Positions 1 through 25,363 are shown, counted from the first letter of the stretch. The stretch is DNA of 64,000 bases from Amoebidium appalachense (GCA_963693365.1 CAVNZM010000005.1:248001-312000), one strand, 5' to 3'. The notes: generated by a model not told the origin, from the sequence alone. Translations and numbers: made by a program.

Positions 1-484
1 ATGCCGGCACGTGCATGAGGCCAGTGCCTGATAGCAGCCCCCCTATTGGTGACCGCTGATGGTGCTCACTTTCTAATGCAACAGTGAAAGCCCCACTGTG
101 TCTGTGTCCACACACCTGAACACATTCATGTGGACATGGACAGGTACATGCACACAAGAATTCCGTATGCGCTAAGGCAAACAGACACGCATCTAACAAA
201 CAATTACAGAGACGCACGTATCGTTCATATACATGCACATCGCATCACACACACATTCGTTGTCGACTTGCAAACATGGCTCACCAATGCCATGAGGTGT
301 TTTGATTGGATGCAAGTATGTCTAGATGTCAATTTTCCGCGACGGATTGGGCATCCTTGCGCCAACACCCCCATTCACAACTCCCCCCCCCCCCCCCCCT
401 CTCCCCTTCCAACATACACACACCCTTACCCCCCCCCCCCCCCCCCCCTTCCAACATACACACACTGACAGGCACACACACACA

Positions 485-524
<40 letters not shown>

Positions 525-1140
525 CACACACACACACACACACAGGAGCTTCCCTTCCCTCTGCGCTGCAGCTGCGAGGGACCCTGCAATAATCGAGCCA
601 CGGAACTATTAGCCGCCTAACATACCATATTTGATAGTAGTCACGTGATACCGCTAAGCTTGTATGATAGCAGTCGCGTGATTCCTTGGCATGCTCGCAT
701 ACTTTTTTTGTGAAAACATGTCTTCGTTTTTTAACCCCGTATAGATAGCAGCTACACACCCTATATTAATAGCCGCCCACCCTGCCCGCCCTCGTGCCCA
801 CGCACACACACACGTACATGGGCACTCGGTTGCATCACCACAAAACAACCTTGGCTGGGGGCGGCAGTGACCGTGTTGTGATGAGTAGAAACGACAATCA
901 AGCATGAACCTGCATGCGCTGATAGAGACCAACCGTTTTCTATCGTGGTCGACAGATGGGCTCGGGTGGTGGCAACGGCCGAAGGCACTTTTTAACCCAT
1001 TGTACGAACTATACGTACCATATGTGGTGTAGCTACTAACAGGCCGGGCTGGATTAAATTTCTTGTGCAATAAAATGACGACAAAACACGCCCGGTATAC
1101 CTCTCTCTCTCTCTCTCGTGTGTGTGTGTGTGTGTGTGTC

Positions 1141-1262
<122 letters not shown>

Positions 1263-2084
1263 ACGCGCCTGCACACGTGTGTGCACATGTGTGTTCTTTA
1301 ACTCTTGTTTTTTCCTTGCAACCGGGGGGGTTGGGGGGGGGGGGGGGGGGGGGGGGGGGGATATGTCACGGTGAGCACATGTATATATCATCGGCCTGAA
1401 CCAGGCAACATCTCAGTTACTTGCACCGGACCAGTACACACCCGTGCACGTGGTGTGGCCAGCATCGTGAATAAGATGTACACATGCACACGTCCACAGC
1501 TCAAAAGATATATATGCAAAGGATTCTGAAGTTTTTTTATCTTTCATAGTGTAGGATTTTTATTATCAGTATGGCATTTTTCAAGTCAATCTATCTCTGC
1601 AATAAGTGGCCTGGGCCACATCTTAGTTCCCTGCCCATGCCCACACCACTTTTAAAATTAACGCGCGTCAGTAATTTTTAAATAGTACACATCACATGCC
1701 CTCAAAACATACGTAGTCATCTCTCAATAGGACCCCGGACGATCATGTGATGTGTGTGGGAAACAGCAAGCATGCTATGATCATCGGCGTATATGTCGGT
1801 GTGGGCGTATCATATGTGTGTGTGCACATGTGTGTGTGTGTGACGCGGTGTGGGTGCGCGTGACACGGTGTGTGTGTGGGGGGGCGTATGTGCATCTGTC
1901 TGTGTATACGTGTGTGCATCACCGTGTGTGTGCCTGTGAGAGTGCATTTGTGCCTGCACACATGCGTGCTTACAGTGAGTGTGTATGTGTGTGCGGGCTC
2001 ACACAAGCACACAACAGGCCCCAAATTGCATCTCACAAAATTGCATAGCAAAACCCCGTGTCCATCGAGCCAGCGTGGCAGCAG

Positions 2085-2369
2085 CTATGCGCGCAGCTGC
2101 AGCTTACAGACGGGGCAGGTTGGGACCAGCCTCAGCCACGTGTCGATGCACAGCACGTGGTAGGCGTGGTTGCATGGCAACGGCCGCACGCGCTGACCAA
2201 TCGCGTGGGGTTCGAGGCAGATGGCGCATTCTGATTGGTGGGCGTGTGCCCTGGTGGTCAGCCATTGGCTGCACACGGTTTCGGCCGGCAGAAGGGAGAG
2301 ATGGCCGTCTGATAGGCCCCGGCCTTTGGATTGGGCCACTCCCTCGTCCAAGGCTAGAAGCGCCTCATA

Positions 2370-2412
<43 letters not shown>

Positions 2413-3133
2413 CGTGTGCGTGTGCGTGTGCGTGTGCGTGAGTGTGTGTGTGTGCGTGTGCGTGTGTGTGCACGTGTGTCTGCGTGGTGTGTGTGTGTGT
2501 GTAGAGGGTGTGTCTGTATGCGCGTGTTGATTAGCGCCAGTTTTTCATGTGCACGTGTACTACCCAGCCCTTTCTCTTCCCTTTTTATCCATCATGCAGT
2601 ATTTATGAGAGGTTGGGGCCACAAAACAAGTGACCAAGCATGCAAACCAGTCTCGAAGCTGTCATGACTACGAAAGAAGATTGGCCGGTTCTTGGCGGCT
2701 TTATCTCCCTCCGCCTTTCTTCTTTTTCTTCCATTCTCGCTCCACAGGTTGTCACTGGCCAGACAAACGTATAATCCCTCTGCCCGTCTGTCTCACCTTT
2801 AATACGTGTGGAACTTGGTGCCGAAGTGCTCTATTTGTACAACCGGCCCCTCACTCTTATTATCTTTACCCGGTGGCTGCATATGACCGATTTTGTTTTT
2901 TGTGTGTCCGATATTGGGGCAGCGTATTTACCGTATAATGGCATAATGCACAATCGGCTTACGGCTGAATGGAAGAAAGAAAACGGGTATACTAACAGCG
3001 TCAGCAAACAAGTCGGACTGAACAGGGCATATAAGCAACATTCCGAGGTAAGACGAGCCAAAAAGAGAGAGTGTGTGTGTGTGCGCGCGGGCGCACACAT
3101 GCGCTCGTGTGTGTGTGCGTGTGTGTGTGCATG

Positions 3134-3170
<37 letters not shown>

Positions 3171-3173
3171 CAC

Positions 3174-3228
<55 letters not shown>

Positions 3229-3547
3229 CGTGTGTGCGTGTGTACATGTGTCCATGTGTGTGTTTCATGCTGCCTCGTACCGTTTTCATTGAAATCTCTG
3301 TCGATCAGGCTCAGACGCAGGTTTACAGGGTCGATGCTTGTCAGTAGCCGCCCGTTGTGCCGTAGGTGCCGGTGGTGGGCAAGTACGTTGCGCACAAAAC
3401 TGATTGGATGGTACGCAGGCACACGGTAAGGTTGTGGAAGGCACGGAATTATAGAACTTAAAAGCAGAGCAGACCAGAGGGTTCGGATTTCTTACATTAT
3501 TCGAATCGAAACCGAAAAGCGTGTGGGTCGGCGGGTTCCCTGGGGAA

Positions 3548-3586
<39 letters not shown>

Positions 3587-4002
3587 TAATGCGTCAAAAA
3601 GTACGAAGTACACAAGAACAAACGGATAACACGATGCAGAATGCAAGCCATACATAAAGAGTATGCATAATAAGCAGAGCCCATCCTCAGGGGGGGCCCA
3701 CGTCATCCACAGGGGGGGGACTATAATGTGATAAGGGGTTGTCTTCTGTGATAATGCCAGGCGTCCCAAGGCTTATTCCCACATACAACTCTGTCACAAT
3801 CTCCCGCCTGCCCCCCACCCCCTCTCCCTCCCCCTCACCCCTGCCCCGCCAGGTCTAAAAGGAAAACTACAAATATAAGGGTGTCAAGACCCAAGGGGCA
3901 ATTTAAATGCCGGAGGAGGGACGTGACTGTGGTTGGTGTCTGTGTGTGTGTGTGCGTGTGTGTGCGTGTGTGTGTGTGTGCGTGCGTGTGTTTGTGTGTG
4001 TG

Positions 4003-4035
<33 letters not shown>

Positions 4036-4050
4036 TGTGTTTGTGTGTGT

Positions 4051-4084
<34 letters not shown>

Positions 4085-4547
4085 GGGGGGAGGGGGGGGG
4101 GTTGAGAGGGGAGGGGGGGAAGGGGGGGGCTCAGGATTGTGTATGCTGGGCCTGGACAGGAAAGAGATACGTGCATGTATGGGCATAAACCAAGACCCAC
4201 CTGTAGGCCATGTTTCATTCTCCCCACGTATAGCCCTATAGTGAGCCAGTGTGTGTGCGTGTGTGTGTGCATGTGTGCAAGAGTTGTGGCCTCAATACGG
4301 CACATGCAGATAAGAGTGGTGTGCTGAGTAGGTTTGCACCAAATAGCAGCTGCTAGCACAGCATGCACAAGAGAAGAGCGTGGCACCTGCCTGATTAGGA
4401 AGGTGATGCCGAACCACAGCCACAGCATCTTGAGCAGCAGCAGGGACTGGCACACGGCCACCACCGTCAGCAGCACCGCCCCCGCCACCAACCGAACACC
4501 CCCCAGGCAGCCCTTGGCCACGGGCCGAAGTAGCTGCACCCCACACT
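2085..4547 (-). CDS. RING-H2 E3 ubiquitin ligase-like protein, spliced, 5' end not resolved
   Basis: Last exon 2085-2371 encodes CAICLE...[25 protein letters not shown] (C3H2C3). It joins in phase through a GT-AG intron (3280-2372) to exon 3281-~3456, giving [23 protein letters not shown], a pre-RING motif like that of SDIR1-type ligases. A hydrophobic segment at ~4395-4547 is a probable upstream transmembrane exon. Confidence 0.8.
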
Positions 4548-6233
4548 AAGTTAGGCCCGTGCGGGAGCATAACACCGTAAAGGGACACGTGGAGGCGTGT
4601 GTATATTTCTGTATGTTGCTTTTCTGTGTATGTGTGCCGGCATTGTACATGTCTGTAAACTAAGGAGAGGAGTAAGAAGAAATGGGTGCCTTTTGCACGA
4701 CCAGCTGAGGGGGAGGGCAAGGGGGCCTGGGAGGAGGAGGGGCGGGAGGAGGGGGGGGCGGGGGGTGTTTAAAGAGCTCGATAGGAATGATTCGCACAGC
4801 TGATGCTTAAAAGCGGAGGGGAGAGTGAGATAATGAAGGGAAAGAGGGGCACCCGGGAGAGAAGCTGGCTGGAAGAGGGAAGGGACATGGGGGCTAGTAT
4901 CTTTCAGAAAAACTGGTAAAAGCATACAGTGTATGGACAGTGCTTGGAAGAGTGGGAGAAGGAGGAAAGAATGGAGAGACACTATTCATAGAGAAAAGCT
5001 TCAGCGCTAGGGAGGGGCGGGGAAGGGGAAGCCCCCAAACCGGGTCCACTACTATCTAACTATTTATGTTCCTAAGGTCTCTGATGTATGTTTGTGTATG
5101 TGAATGTTTTTTTTCTTATAGGAGCCTTGGGGGGAGAGCGGGGGAAGTTGGGGCGGAGGAAGGGGGGTTGTATTTTGCACACACGGTGAGCAAAGCAGAC
5201 TGATAGAGTGTAAGGACAGTCAGAGATGACACTGGGTGTTGATGCAAGGGCAAGGAGGGGAGGGGGGGGGGGGGGGGGGGGGGGGGGGACTTGCCTCCGA
5301 CTCGATGCAACTTTCTGATCTCTCCATTTTGCTTCTTGCCGTGTACGTGTTGGGCCCTTAACGTGGGCCCGCGTAAAAGACGCCGATGCACTGAGTGTAA
5401 GAGCTTTAGGTGCCCCGCGCTGCCTTCTTCGTGGGGTGACTTTCCTACAGCTCCTGCACGTTTCTTACCTTCGCCCTTAACTGTACTCGCATCTGTGCAG
5501 TAAGCCCGACAGTTTATGCGTCCCTCTGTATAGTGATATCCCGTGCTCTTACTGCTTGTTTGGTCACTCCCTACCAGCTATGTAGGTAGGCCTCTGACCT
5601 TCAACCGTTTGCACAGTTTTCATCAAACTGCCACCGTGCCTGCAAAGCCCTGCAACAAAGTTGAAGCTGTCCAACCCCTATGACGTCAACACAAGGAGGG
5701 TAAAATGACCTGCAGACAGGTAGACGGACTTACCAGAAGAGCTGGGTTATGTGTGCCACAGAAGAACACTATACGAGCTAACAGGTAAGTTTTTCTTAAG
5801 AAAACGTTTTCATTATAAATAAGGCCTCTAATAGAGTGTCAGTAAGTAAGCTCCACCCTTGTGCATGTGTTAGCCGGGATGCATTGAGAAAAGCATCTAC
5901 TCACCTCTGTGCGCCGAGCCATTCCTACCCGATAAGGAAACAGTGAGCACTGGTCACCCTTGTTCGATCGCTGGGGGAGAGAAAGGGGGGGGGGGCTGCC
6001 ACCTACTGAGATGGCTCCTTCTTTTTCCTTACACATTCAGCGAACACTGGACTCCATCGAACCGTCGAGGCGCCGCGACAGAAAGCATGCACGCGGTCGC
6101 GAGAGTGTAAGGAAAAATCCCGTCTGCAGCGAACGTAAAGTTCATCGCAGCGCGTGCACACCGTCAGTACGTGTGAGGGGGGGGGGGGGGGATAAGGTAC
6201 AAAAAGACCAAGAAAAATGACACTCGGTACGTA

Positions 6234-6310
6234 TTAATATAACATCCACTTCTTCTTGATCAGCTCATCAATTGAAAGTTGGGGGTTCAGTTTTTTCCGT
6301 TCGAGCTCAT
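6234..6310 (-). CDS. Possible terminal exon of an unidentified small gene
   Basis: Pyrimidine tract and TTGCAG acceptor followed by (D)ELERKKLNPQLSIDELIKKKWMLY-stop. Upstream exons could not be assigned. Confidence 0.3.
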
Positions 6311-6436
6311 CTGCAAGAGAAAGGGGAGCATTTTTTAGATCTCCGGTGTGAGTGAGTGTGTGTGTGTTTGTGCTTGTGTGCGTGAGGAGGAAGGGGAAGG
6401 TGGGGGCGGGGGAGGGTGTGTGTGTGTTGGGCGGGG

Positions 6437-6479
<43 letters not shown>

Positions 6480-7367
6480 ATAGAAAGACAACATAAGTAG
6501 CCTGTTTTCTCGGTATGCAATTCCTTTCGGCTGCCATCCTTGTGCTTCTCTTCTCACACAGACCACCTCGGCCTGTCCTACTAGCGAGGTAGGCTGGTTT
6601 AAAAGGCCAGCAGTGTGTCTTGTGTGCAGACACGAAGGTTGCCTTTTCTGTCCTTCCCTGCTCCCGGACCTTTGCCAGCCACAGTCGACTCGCTTACGTA
6701 CGGTGGTTTCAGGGCTGGTTCGATCGATATCAGGAGGTGCCGACCACTGCTTGTGTACCCTTGCCTCCCCCCCTTCCCCCCCCCCCCCCCCCCCCCCCCC
6801 CACCCCCAATACACGCTCACATACCCAATTTGCGCATTCTTTGAAGGCAACAACTCGTTGGCCCATCTGCCTGCCCGTAGTAATTTTTCCCCTTTTGTCT
6901 TCTGTCACCTCCTATCCGGCAGCCTCCTAATGCCTCCGACGTCGAGTGCCGCCGGGAAGCGTCTCTTTTAGGCCTTGTCTCATCTTGCACTTTACTCGCC
7001 GAAGTGGGCCTAGGGGCAGTCACGTCTTGCAAAGTACGCATTCTTAACCCAACCCCTAAGTGTGCATTTGTGTAGCAATCTATGACCCAAAGCCTGATGC
7101 CTCTTTCACCTCAAAAGTGTAGCTGCAAGTTCAGGCTGTTGAGAGACTCCAGGTGCACGTTTTTATGTCAACTGAATGAGCTCACAGGTGCTTTACAACA
7201 GTTCCCTGCTATGCAACTTGTAGCCGAAGAGCTTTATTTTTCAGGCTATTTTGTGCCTGTTACTGCGCGACCAGCGCGCTCTATTATATAGTTGCTAATG
7301 TTTGCTGTACACAAGAAACACTCATATGCTATGATGCCTAACTGAGAGTTATACACCCACGTGTATC

Positions 7368-8351
7368 TCAGCAGAAGAACGGGAACGACATGGAAGGGAA
7401 CCCAGTGGGGCTTGTCTCACGCGAAAGTGAGCCGGTGGCAGACCGAGTCATATTTTGGAAACTGGAAGGAAGTTGTAGCGAGCTAAACGGGGTCATATTC
7501 TGCTCCCTCTGACTTTTCATTTTCCTGACCACGGAGGGATGGGTGAAGGTGTGCTTGATGCGTATATGCTGGGTTAGGCTGTGTTCGGATGCATAGCCCC
7601 GGCCACAGGCACACACGTAGGTTTTGAGCAGCTCGGCGTTGGTGCGCCGGCGCCGCTTTGGCCTCTGGGCCCTGTCGTCCTGCTCGGTTTCACCGTCTGT
7701 GGACAGGCTGCGGTGCACGGGGCTTGGGGACTGCTGGGTGCTGGTATTTTCGTCCACGGGCGTGGAGGGCCACGACCGGCCCAGCTGCTGGGTGAGGTCG
7801 CAAGAGAGCTCGTGCTCAAGCGCTGCGGCCCAGGCCTCCACGTCCAGCCCAGTGTCGTATGCTGCCGCTGGCTGGCTGGCCTCAGTCGTCTGCCCCAGCA
7901 CAAGCCGGCGCAGTAAGGATGCCGTGGACAGCTCGTTAAGATCTTCAGAGGTAGTGGGATAGGAGTGGCGCTGCAGGTGGTTGGTTTGCGCAAACGAGGT
8001 GCTGAAGTTTTCGGTGAGGGGTGCAGAGTTTGACCTGGAAAGGCTAAAGGCAAAACTGTCGGTGCTTGGCTCGGTGGGGAGGGCCAGGAAGGGGCTGCTT
8101 GCCGGGCCACTGAGTTTGGACGGGTGTATGTTGCTTGCCAGCTCTACAATCTGGCACACTTGTTCGCCCACAGCAGGGGAGCTCTGCCATGCGGAGTCCA
8201 GGTCGTCCGGTAGGCTCAGGGCACGGCTACGACGAGACACGGGGGGGACGGTGAGCTGGCTGGGGACTGCTGGGTCGGCCATAAGGCTCCACAGGGCTGA
8301 CTCGAGCAGGGCCTCGTTGTTGTAGTCGGCAAGAAAGTCTGTAACGTCCAT
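7368..8351 (-). CDS. Intronless single C2H2 zinc-finger transcription factor-like protein
   Basis: Clean ORF from ATG 8351 (MDVTDF). A Ser-rich region precedes KRRRRTNAELLKTYVCACGRGYASEHSLTQHIRIKH, a basic arm plus one finger with C-x-C spacing. Confidence 0.8.
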   Translation of the reverse strand: MDVTDFLADYNNEALLESALWSLMADPAVPSQLTVPPVSRRSRALSLPDDLDSAWQSSPAVGEQVCQIVELASNIHPSKLSGPASSPFLALPTEPSTDSFAFSLSRSNSAPLTENFSTSFAQTNHLQRHSYPTTSEDLNELSTASLLRRLVLGQTTEASQPAAAYDTGLDVEAWAAALEHELSCDLTQQLGRSWPSTPVDENTSTQQSPSPVHRSLSTDGETEQDDRAQRPKRRRRTNAELLKTYVCACGRGYASEHSLTQHIRIKHTFTHPSVVRKMKSQREQNMTPFSSLQLPSSFQNMTRSATGSLSRETSPTGFPSMSFPFFC

Positions 8352-9346
8352 GTTGCTTTGTTTGTCTTGCACGCCGTATGTGTTCCTTGGTGTCACTTCA
8401 ACTCTATGAAAAGTCGTGCCTTGCACACTGTATGTTTCTACGTTGGTGGTGTCACTTCAACTTTGAACGTTGACATGAAAGATGTGCCATAAAGCAACTC
8501 TCGGCCATTTTTGTGGTTCCCAGATGACCTCAGTCGACATCTGAGGGACAGGCTCTCCGCCAATCGGAATTGAGTACCCATGCCTTGTTTTGGCTCACGA
8601 GCCGCGAGAGTCGAGGCTGCCAACCTAGGCCCCATCGCACATTTCATCAGTTTGACTAAGAAAAAGCATTTGTTACTGCTTTTGCTATGTCATGTGCAAT
8701 TTCCAACTTTTCTGTTCTATTTTACCGCTTTGTTTAACAAGGCAATACGTGGGTTGATTGAGAGTTACCAAGTTGGCAACTTACTTGCCTAGCTGATAAG
8801 ATCTGACTGCCTCACTGAGTCACCGTACGGAATGCAAACCGCATGCCACGGGATAAGTTGAGCTTCGAACTTTACAACCTCGAAACATCTACCAGCATGA
8901 AGCCGCAACGAAAACCAGCCCTTAAGAATAAGACAATCAAACAAAACCATGCCAAACATTAAAAATTCCTTCCGGGATTATTGAGTATGAGTCACATCTG
9001 CGTCATAGTGCTTCGTAAAAGTCTATACCTTGTGATATCCTTCGAATATTGAATATCCACAAAAGGATTCAAAGGAATGCGTTGTTGACTCGTGTTCATT
9101 GGCTTTTTGATAGGACGAGCCAATCGGAGTAAATTAGAATGCAATCTTTACCAGGGAGCGAATTATTTGCGAGCTTGCAGATGACATGCTTCACGGTGCA
9201 CGCGGATCAGTGTCAACGGGCCAACGATCGAAACCTGGAGCAGAAGGTGATGAGCTCTTTTAGCTGCCAAATATTTCAAAAATATTAATTCATTTTATTT
9301 ATTTCCATCAACTATAATGCTATTCAAGTATACCACCAGCAACTCC

Positions 9347-9420
9347 TCTAACCATCATGTAGGACGTACAGTAGCTCGGTGTCTAACCATCATGTAGGAC
9401 GCGTACAGTAGCTCGGTGTC
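9347..9420. repeat. Tandem duplication, 35/37 bp, in the divergent intergenic region
   Basis: TCTAACCATCATGTAGGAC(GC)GTACAGTAGCTCGGTG occurs twice head to tail. Confidence 0.9.
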
Positions 9421-10220
9421 GCGGCGGTGATAGCGATCGATCTAGATCCAGTGATGACGTCAGAGGAAGTTACCTCCGCGCGGATTGGCTCCCTGGTAAT
9501 TGTGGTTTTCAGCGTCCAGCAGCATCATATCATGATGGCGACACTGGGCATCTTTACGTCAGAAGCTGCTACAGCCTCAGCTTATCCACAACACGTGTTG
9601 GGGTGGCGTTTTTCTTTTACGTTTTGATTTCTTGTATGTAGACTAACTTTTTTTGTAGGCGACAGATACCCGCACTGTTTAGATAGTGTCCTCGTGCAAC
9701 CTATCACTGTAGCATTCCGATATCTAGAACACACGTTGTCAGAAGGGAGATTCTCGCCTCCTTTTCTTTTTGGGAGCTCGTTCCAGGACAAAAGTTGTCT
9801 CTAGTCGATATCATACACTTTTTTTTAGGGCTGCTCCATCCATAGTGCAGCTGCCTTATTCATCTTTCCCAGTGTATTCCGTTGACTGCTTTGGAAAGTG
9901 TAAAGCTTATGAAGGATCCACCACAACTCTACGTTTAGTATTAGTAACAGCCACAGACTGTGTTAGCATTGATCACAAAGCAGTTGAAGGCCAAGAACAA
10001 CAGCTACTGTAACCAATTTGGGCTTGCTGAAAGCAACTGCTTCGTTTTTGTGTCCAGTTCAAAATTTTGTCCCTCTGGCAAGTGCTGTGCCACATATGTG
10101 ATATTTGGGCATGGAAAACGAGGGGTGCAGGGGTCAACGTGCCTCCTCTCCAAAGATTTTCGCACTCAGGTTCTACTAATGTAATTCTGGCCAGTTTCGT
10201 GGTGTAAGCGAAATAGCAAG

Positions 10221-21323
<11,103 letters not shown>

Positions 21324-22671
21324 GCCCAGCGTGTGCCTTGCAGCGCCACACACATATTCGCGCGTGCACACACACAAACGCAAATACACGCACACAGTGT
21401 CACACGCACATACACACGCGCGTGCACCGAACCACACACACTCGCACACAGACACACACGACACACACACCGGGGGGGGAGGGGGGGGGGGTGGAGCAGG
21501 GGAAAGGGGTCATTTTTGCCAGGCATCATACTGGTGTGCTCCTGAAAAAGGTCGCTAGGGAGGTGTGCGTCTAAATGGGTGGGTTTGGGGAGAGGGGAGA
21601 GCTGGGGGGGAGGGGGAAGAGTCGGGGGAAGGTAGCAGAAAGAACTGGCGCTAAGCGCCCAGCAGGAGTATGGTGCGGCTGATATTGACTTACATCGCCG
21701 GGTTGATTGAAGGGTTGGAGAGCTCATTGACAGTGGGTGACCGGAGCGAGGCAGGGGAGAGGGGGGAAGGGGGGGTGGGGGGGGGGGGGGGGAGGGGGTG
21801 GGGGGGGGGGGGGAGGGGGGCTGTGGGTTGTGGCTTTTTGCATGTGCGTGTGTGGTCTATGATACAGAGAGTTTCGACTGGTACAAGGCAACAAACAGGA
21901 ATAAATCAAACATCATGCTAGTGGCAGGCCACCCGTTCATGCACCCAACTACCGTCTACCTTTCTATTCTAAAGTTTTCTTCCCGATCCTTCCCTCCTCC
22001 CCCCCCCCCCCCAAAAAAAAAGCTCTCCACCCCCACCTTCCTGCATATGTGAACTCTCTAACGTAGGTGCAACTCATGCCCATTCTCTTCCAACCCCCCC
22101 CCTCCCCGAGTCCTGCCTGCCTGTGGGCCCCCCAGTGTTCACCATTTTCCTCCTTATTTCTATTATGCTCTGACACATCACTATTCATGCTGATGGCCCC
22201 TTTTCCTCCTAACCCTCGTAGTCTTCACATGCCCCCCCCCCCCCCCTCCCCCCCTCCCCCCCCCCCCCCCTCCCCCCCGGCCCCGGCCCTCTCCACCAGG
22301 TGCACCCAAAACCAAGTAACAAACTATGAGCAAAGCGAACAGGGCACCCACAGGTTCCATCCAGCATGCACGTACACTATACAGGCCACACAGACTCAAT
22401 TGATTTTTCTTGATGCCAGTTCATACATTCCCAATGCCCATGTTGTGGCATGTGGTCGGTCTTCAGATATTTCACTGCAAATCTCCAAGTCGAGCAGCGT
22501 GCATCATCACACAGTGGGCTGCATCGAGGTGCTTAAGCGCTAAGAAATCAATCCGGTACTATTGTTCCGAATGCTAGGAGCGTGTGAGGTGTGTGTGAGT
22601 GTGCATATGTTTGCGAGGACATGTGTATCTAGTGACAGTGTGGCGGGTGAAGTGTGGGTGTATGGGAGGTC

Positions 22672-22727
<56 letters not shown>

Positions 22728-23050
22728 TGTTAAGGGGGGGAGGGGGGGGGAGGGGGGGAGGGGGGAGGGGTTAGAAATATGTTGATGTGTTAGGGCAGTG
22801 TGTGTTGGAGGGCCATTTGTACTGACTTCGTAAACTGGGAAATTGGCCCCATACCTTCACACAGCATTCATACGTTACCATCAAATCTCACTACACACAT
22901 CACAGGTCAAACGGGTAGAAAGTTTTTTTTAATTTGTTACATGCCCCAACTAAACCTACATTAGAAGGGTGTGTGTGTGCATGTTTTCCCGTCGGTGCTG
23001 AGGGTGTGGTGTATGACTTGGACTCCCGGGGGGGGGGGGGGGGGGGGGGT

Positions 23051-23724
23051 CTACACATCCAAAGCAAATGGATCATCTTTCCCCGCCGTTGGGGTCCTGG
23101 ACTTGCGTGGTGGTGACTGGACGGGTTGCTTGGGCTTTGCAATATACCGAATTATAGTTGTGTCTGGTGGGGATATTTGCAGGGACCATGGGTCATCATC
23201 AAGGCCTGCACTGTTTTCTTGGGTGGGTTTCTTGCTGCTGCTCATGCGTGTGGATGACGCCACACACACTGTTCGTACGGGTGACTTCCTATGGCTACCG
23301 GGATTTGCATCAGCTGAGCAGTGCAGTTTTTTCGCTGGTGTGATATTGGAAGGAGAGAGTACACAAAGTGGGGTGCGAGGTGTTTTTGTTCCGCTTTTAA
23401 CCTTTGGTGGTGCCTGGTTGGTGGGACGTGGTGTTTCGGACATTACCATATCTGTGCTTTTCGCGGGTGTGTCTGTGTGAGGGGATGTAAGGAGGCTGCT
23501 GTCGACATCAAAGCACACGTCAAATTCGACAAAGGCCTCGCCTGCACGTCTCTTCTTGATGCCCCTGGAAGAGAGCAACATAGTGAGAACCAATTCAAAA
23601 CAAGGTGTGCCCTCAATCATATGGCAATTGGAAAGGCAGAAATGTAGTCTACGGGGCTGTGTGTTTGCATACAAATGCTCATGTCTCAAACCCCCTGCCC
23701 TACCCCCCCTCCCCCCCTTCCTCT

Positions 23725-23755
<31 letters not shown>

Positions 23756-24515
23756 TCCGAGCGTGCCCCCCCCCCCCCCCCCTTCCCGGCATGCCCCCCC
23801 ACCCCTCCCCCCTCCCCTCAATGGTGTGCCCTCCTCCACCCTCCCCCACACGTCCTTCCCCACCCCCTCCCCCCCCCCCCATGCCTCCCCCCCCCCCCCT
23901 CTCCCCAAACCCCTCTCACGTACCGTGCCGTCATTCACCTTCATTTGGCGTTAGCTTCCCTCCCTTCTCCCACGCGCACACACAGCCCTCAAATAATCTA
24001 GGCTAGGCCAGCACTATGCAGAAAACATCACGCTGGAAAAAAGTGTCGCTATGACGGTGTGAGTTTTATAGCGGGAAGAAGAGGAGATAGAAGGTAAGAG
24101 GAGGGCCCGGGTGGTGAAGGGGGGGTAGACTAAGAGGGAAAAAGTGTGTGTGGGCGGTTGGGTGTGTCTCCCGGGGGAAGGGGAGGTTGGGGGGGGGGGG
24201 GGGGGGGGGAGGGGAGGGGGAGGGGGCAAAAGGCTCTTGACGAAGAAGAGGCAGGTGAGGAGAAGGAGAGGAGGAACAGAGTGAAAGGTGAGAACAAGGA
24301 GAGAGCAAAAGGCTCCCCAGAACCCAGCAGAGAAGGGAAAGGGGTTGAGCACCAAGCGCTAACAGCCCAAGCATGCAAGCAAGAAGATGGCGGCAAGCGG
24401 AGACTCGGAGCACCAATACTACCCACTCTATTTACCTCTTTGTGTCCAGCCCAGGAACAGACTCGGCAATAGGGATGCTCTCGTCGAGCCATATGTCCGT
24501 CGCAGAGAAGTCCAT
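23051..24515 (-). CDS. Orphan Ser/Thr-Pro-rich protein, two-exon model of about 197 aa
   Basis: Exon 24515-24436 (MDFSATDIWLDES...; donor GTAAAT) joins in phase to acceptor CAG at 23564 and an open frame ending DDPFALDV-stop. The protein has many SP/TP sites. Confidence 0.5.
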
Positions 24516-25363
24516 GGTGAGGCACCGGTTGGACAAAGTCGATCTTGTAGATTTTAAGGTTCCAAAGAAAACGGCACCTTATCTTTCAACAACTGTTGTG
24601 TGCTTGACCTATGGTGTTCGCTGGTCCGTCAACGTGTGCTTCTACCCATTCTTCCGCGTGATTGTTGTTGTCAACGTATCTTAGGAAATAGATTTCAAGT
24701 AAAAGTATAATAAATGAGGCGTAAACATGACGACCAAAAGCACCGGAAAAAGTTTGGGTTTGTGGTGACACAAAAGGAAGATGGACTTATTCGGGTGTGG
24801 TTTTTGTACCCCCAGAGGTTACTGGTCGATGAGTGGCGTCATGATTAGAGCAGGTGTTGTCTTGGACGACATATACATCACATGTAGGCGCTGGGGTCAC
24901 AATATTGGGATGCCCAAATCACTATCCTGCCACTTTCACTGTCATACGCGGCAAAAACTTCGGCATACGACTGAAACATGAGCACTCATGCGGACGAGCA
25001 CCGTTTTCGTTTTCTACATGAGCAGAAATTTCATTGGCCTAAAATAGCCAATTGACAAAAAGCGCGCCAATATCAAGATTCAAATATTAGATTCTTACGA
25101 CTCTGGCAGCTACGTGATCTGCCAGTTTATGTCTCCTAATGAGTGTGAAACTAAAGCTTTAAACCGGATTTGTTGTTCTAGTTCGCGTTTAAATTACATT
25201 TTAAAACTTATCCAGTTTCCCGCATGGGTTTATAGTCAAACAATGACCAATCAGCTCCGACTTGGACCGTCCACATGCACACTGTTACGTGCACACTTCT
25301 TCCGTGCGTCTCTTACTTCACTCTGTGTCTGTGTCTGTGTCTGTGTCTGTGTCTGCTTCTAAG

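Noticed and set aside
620-1100. Sequences reminiscent of DNA-transposon ends, also at 3474-3795
   Set aside because: No matching TIR pair with a target-site duplication could be found.
2808-3053. Exon-like plus-strand stretch ending GAG|GTAAG inside the RING intron
   Set aside because: No recognisable domain and no partner exons.
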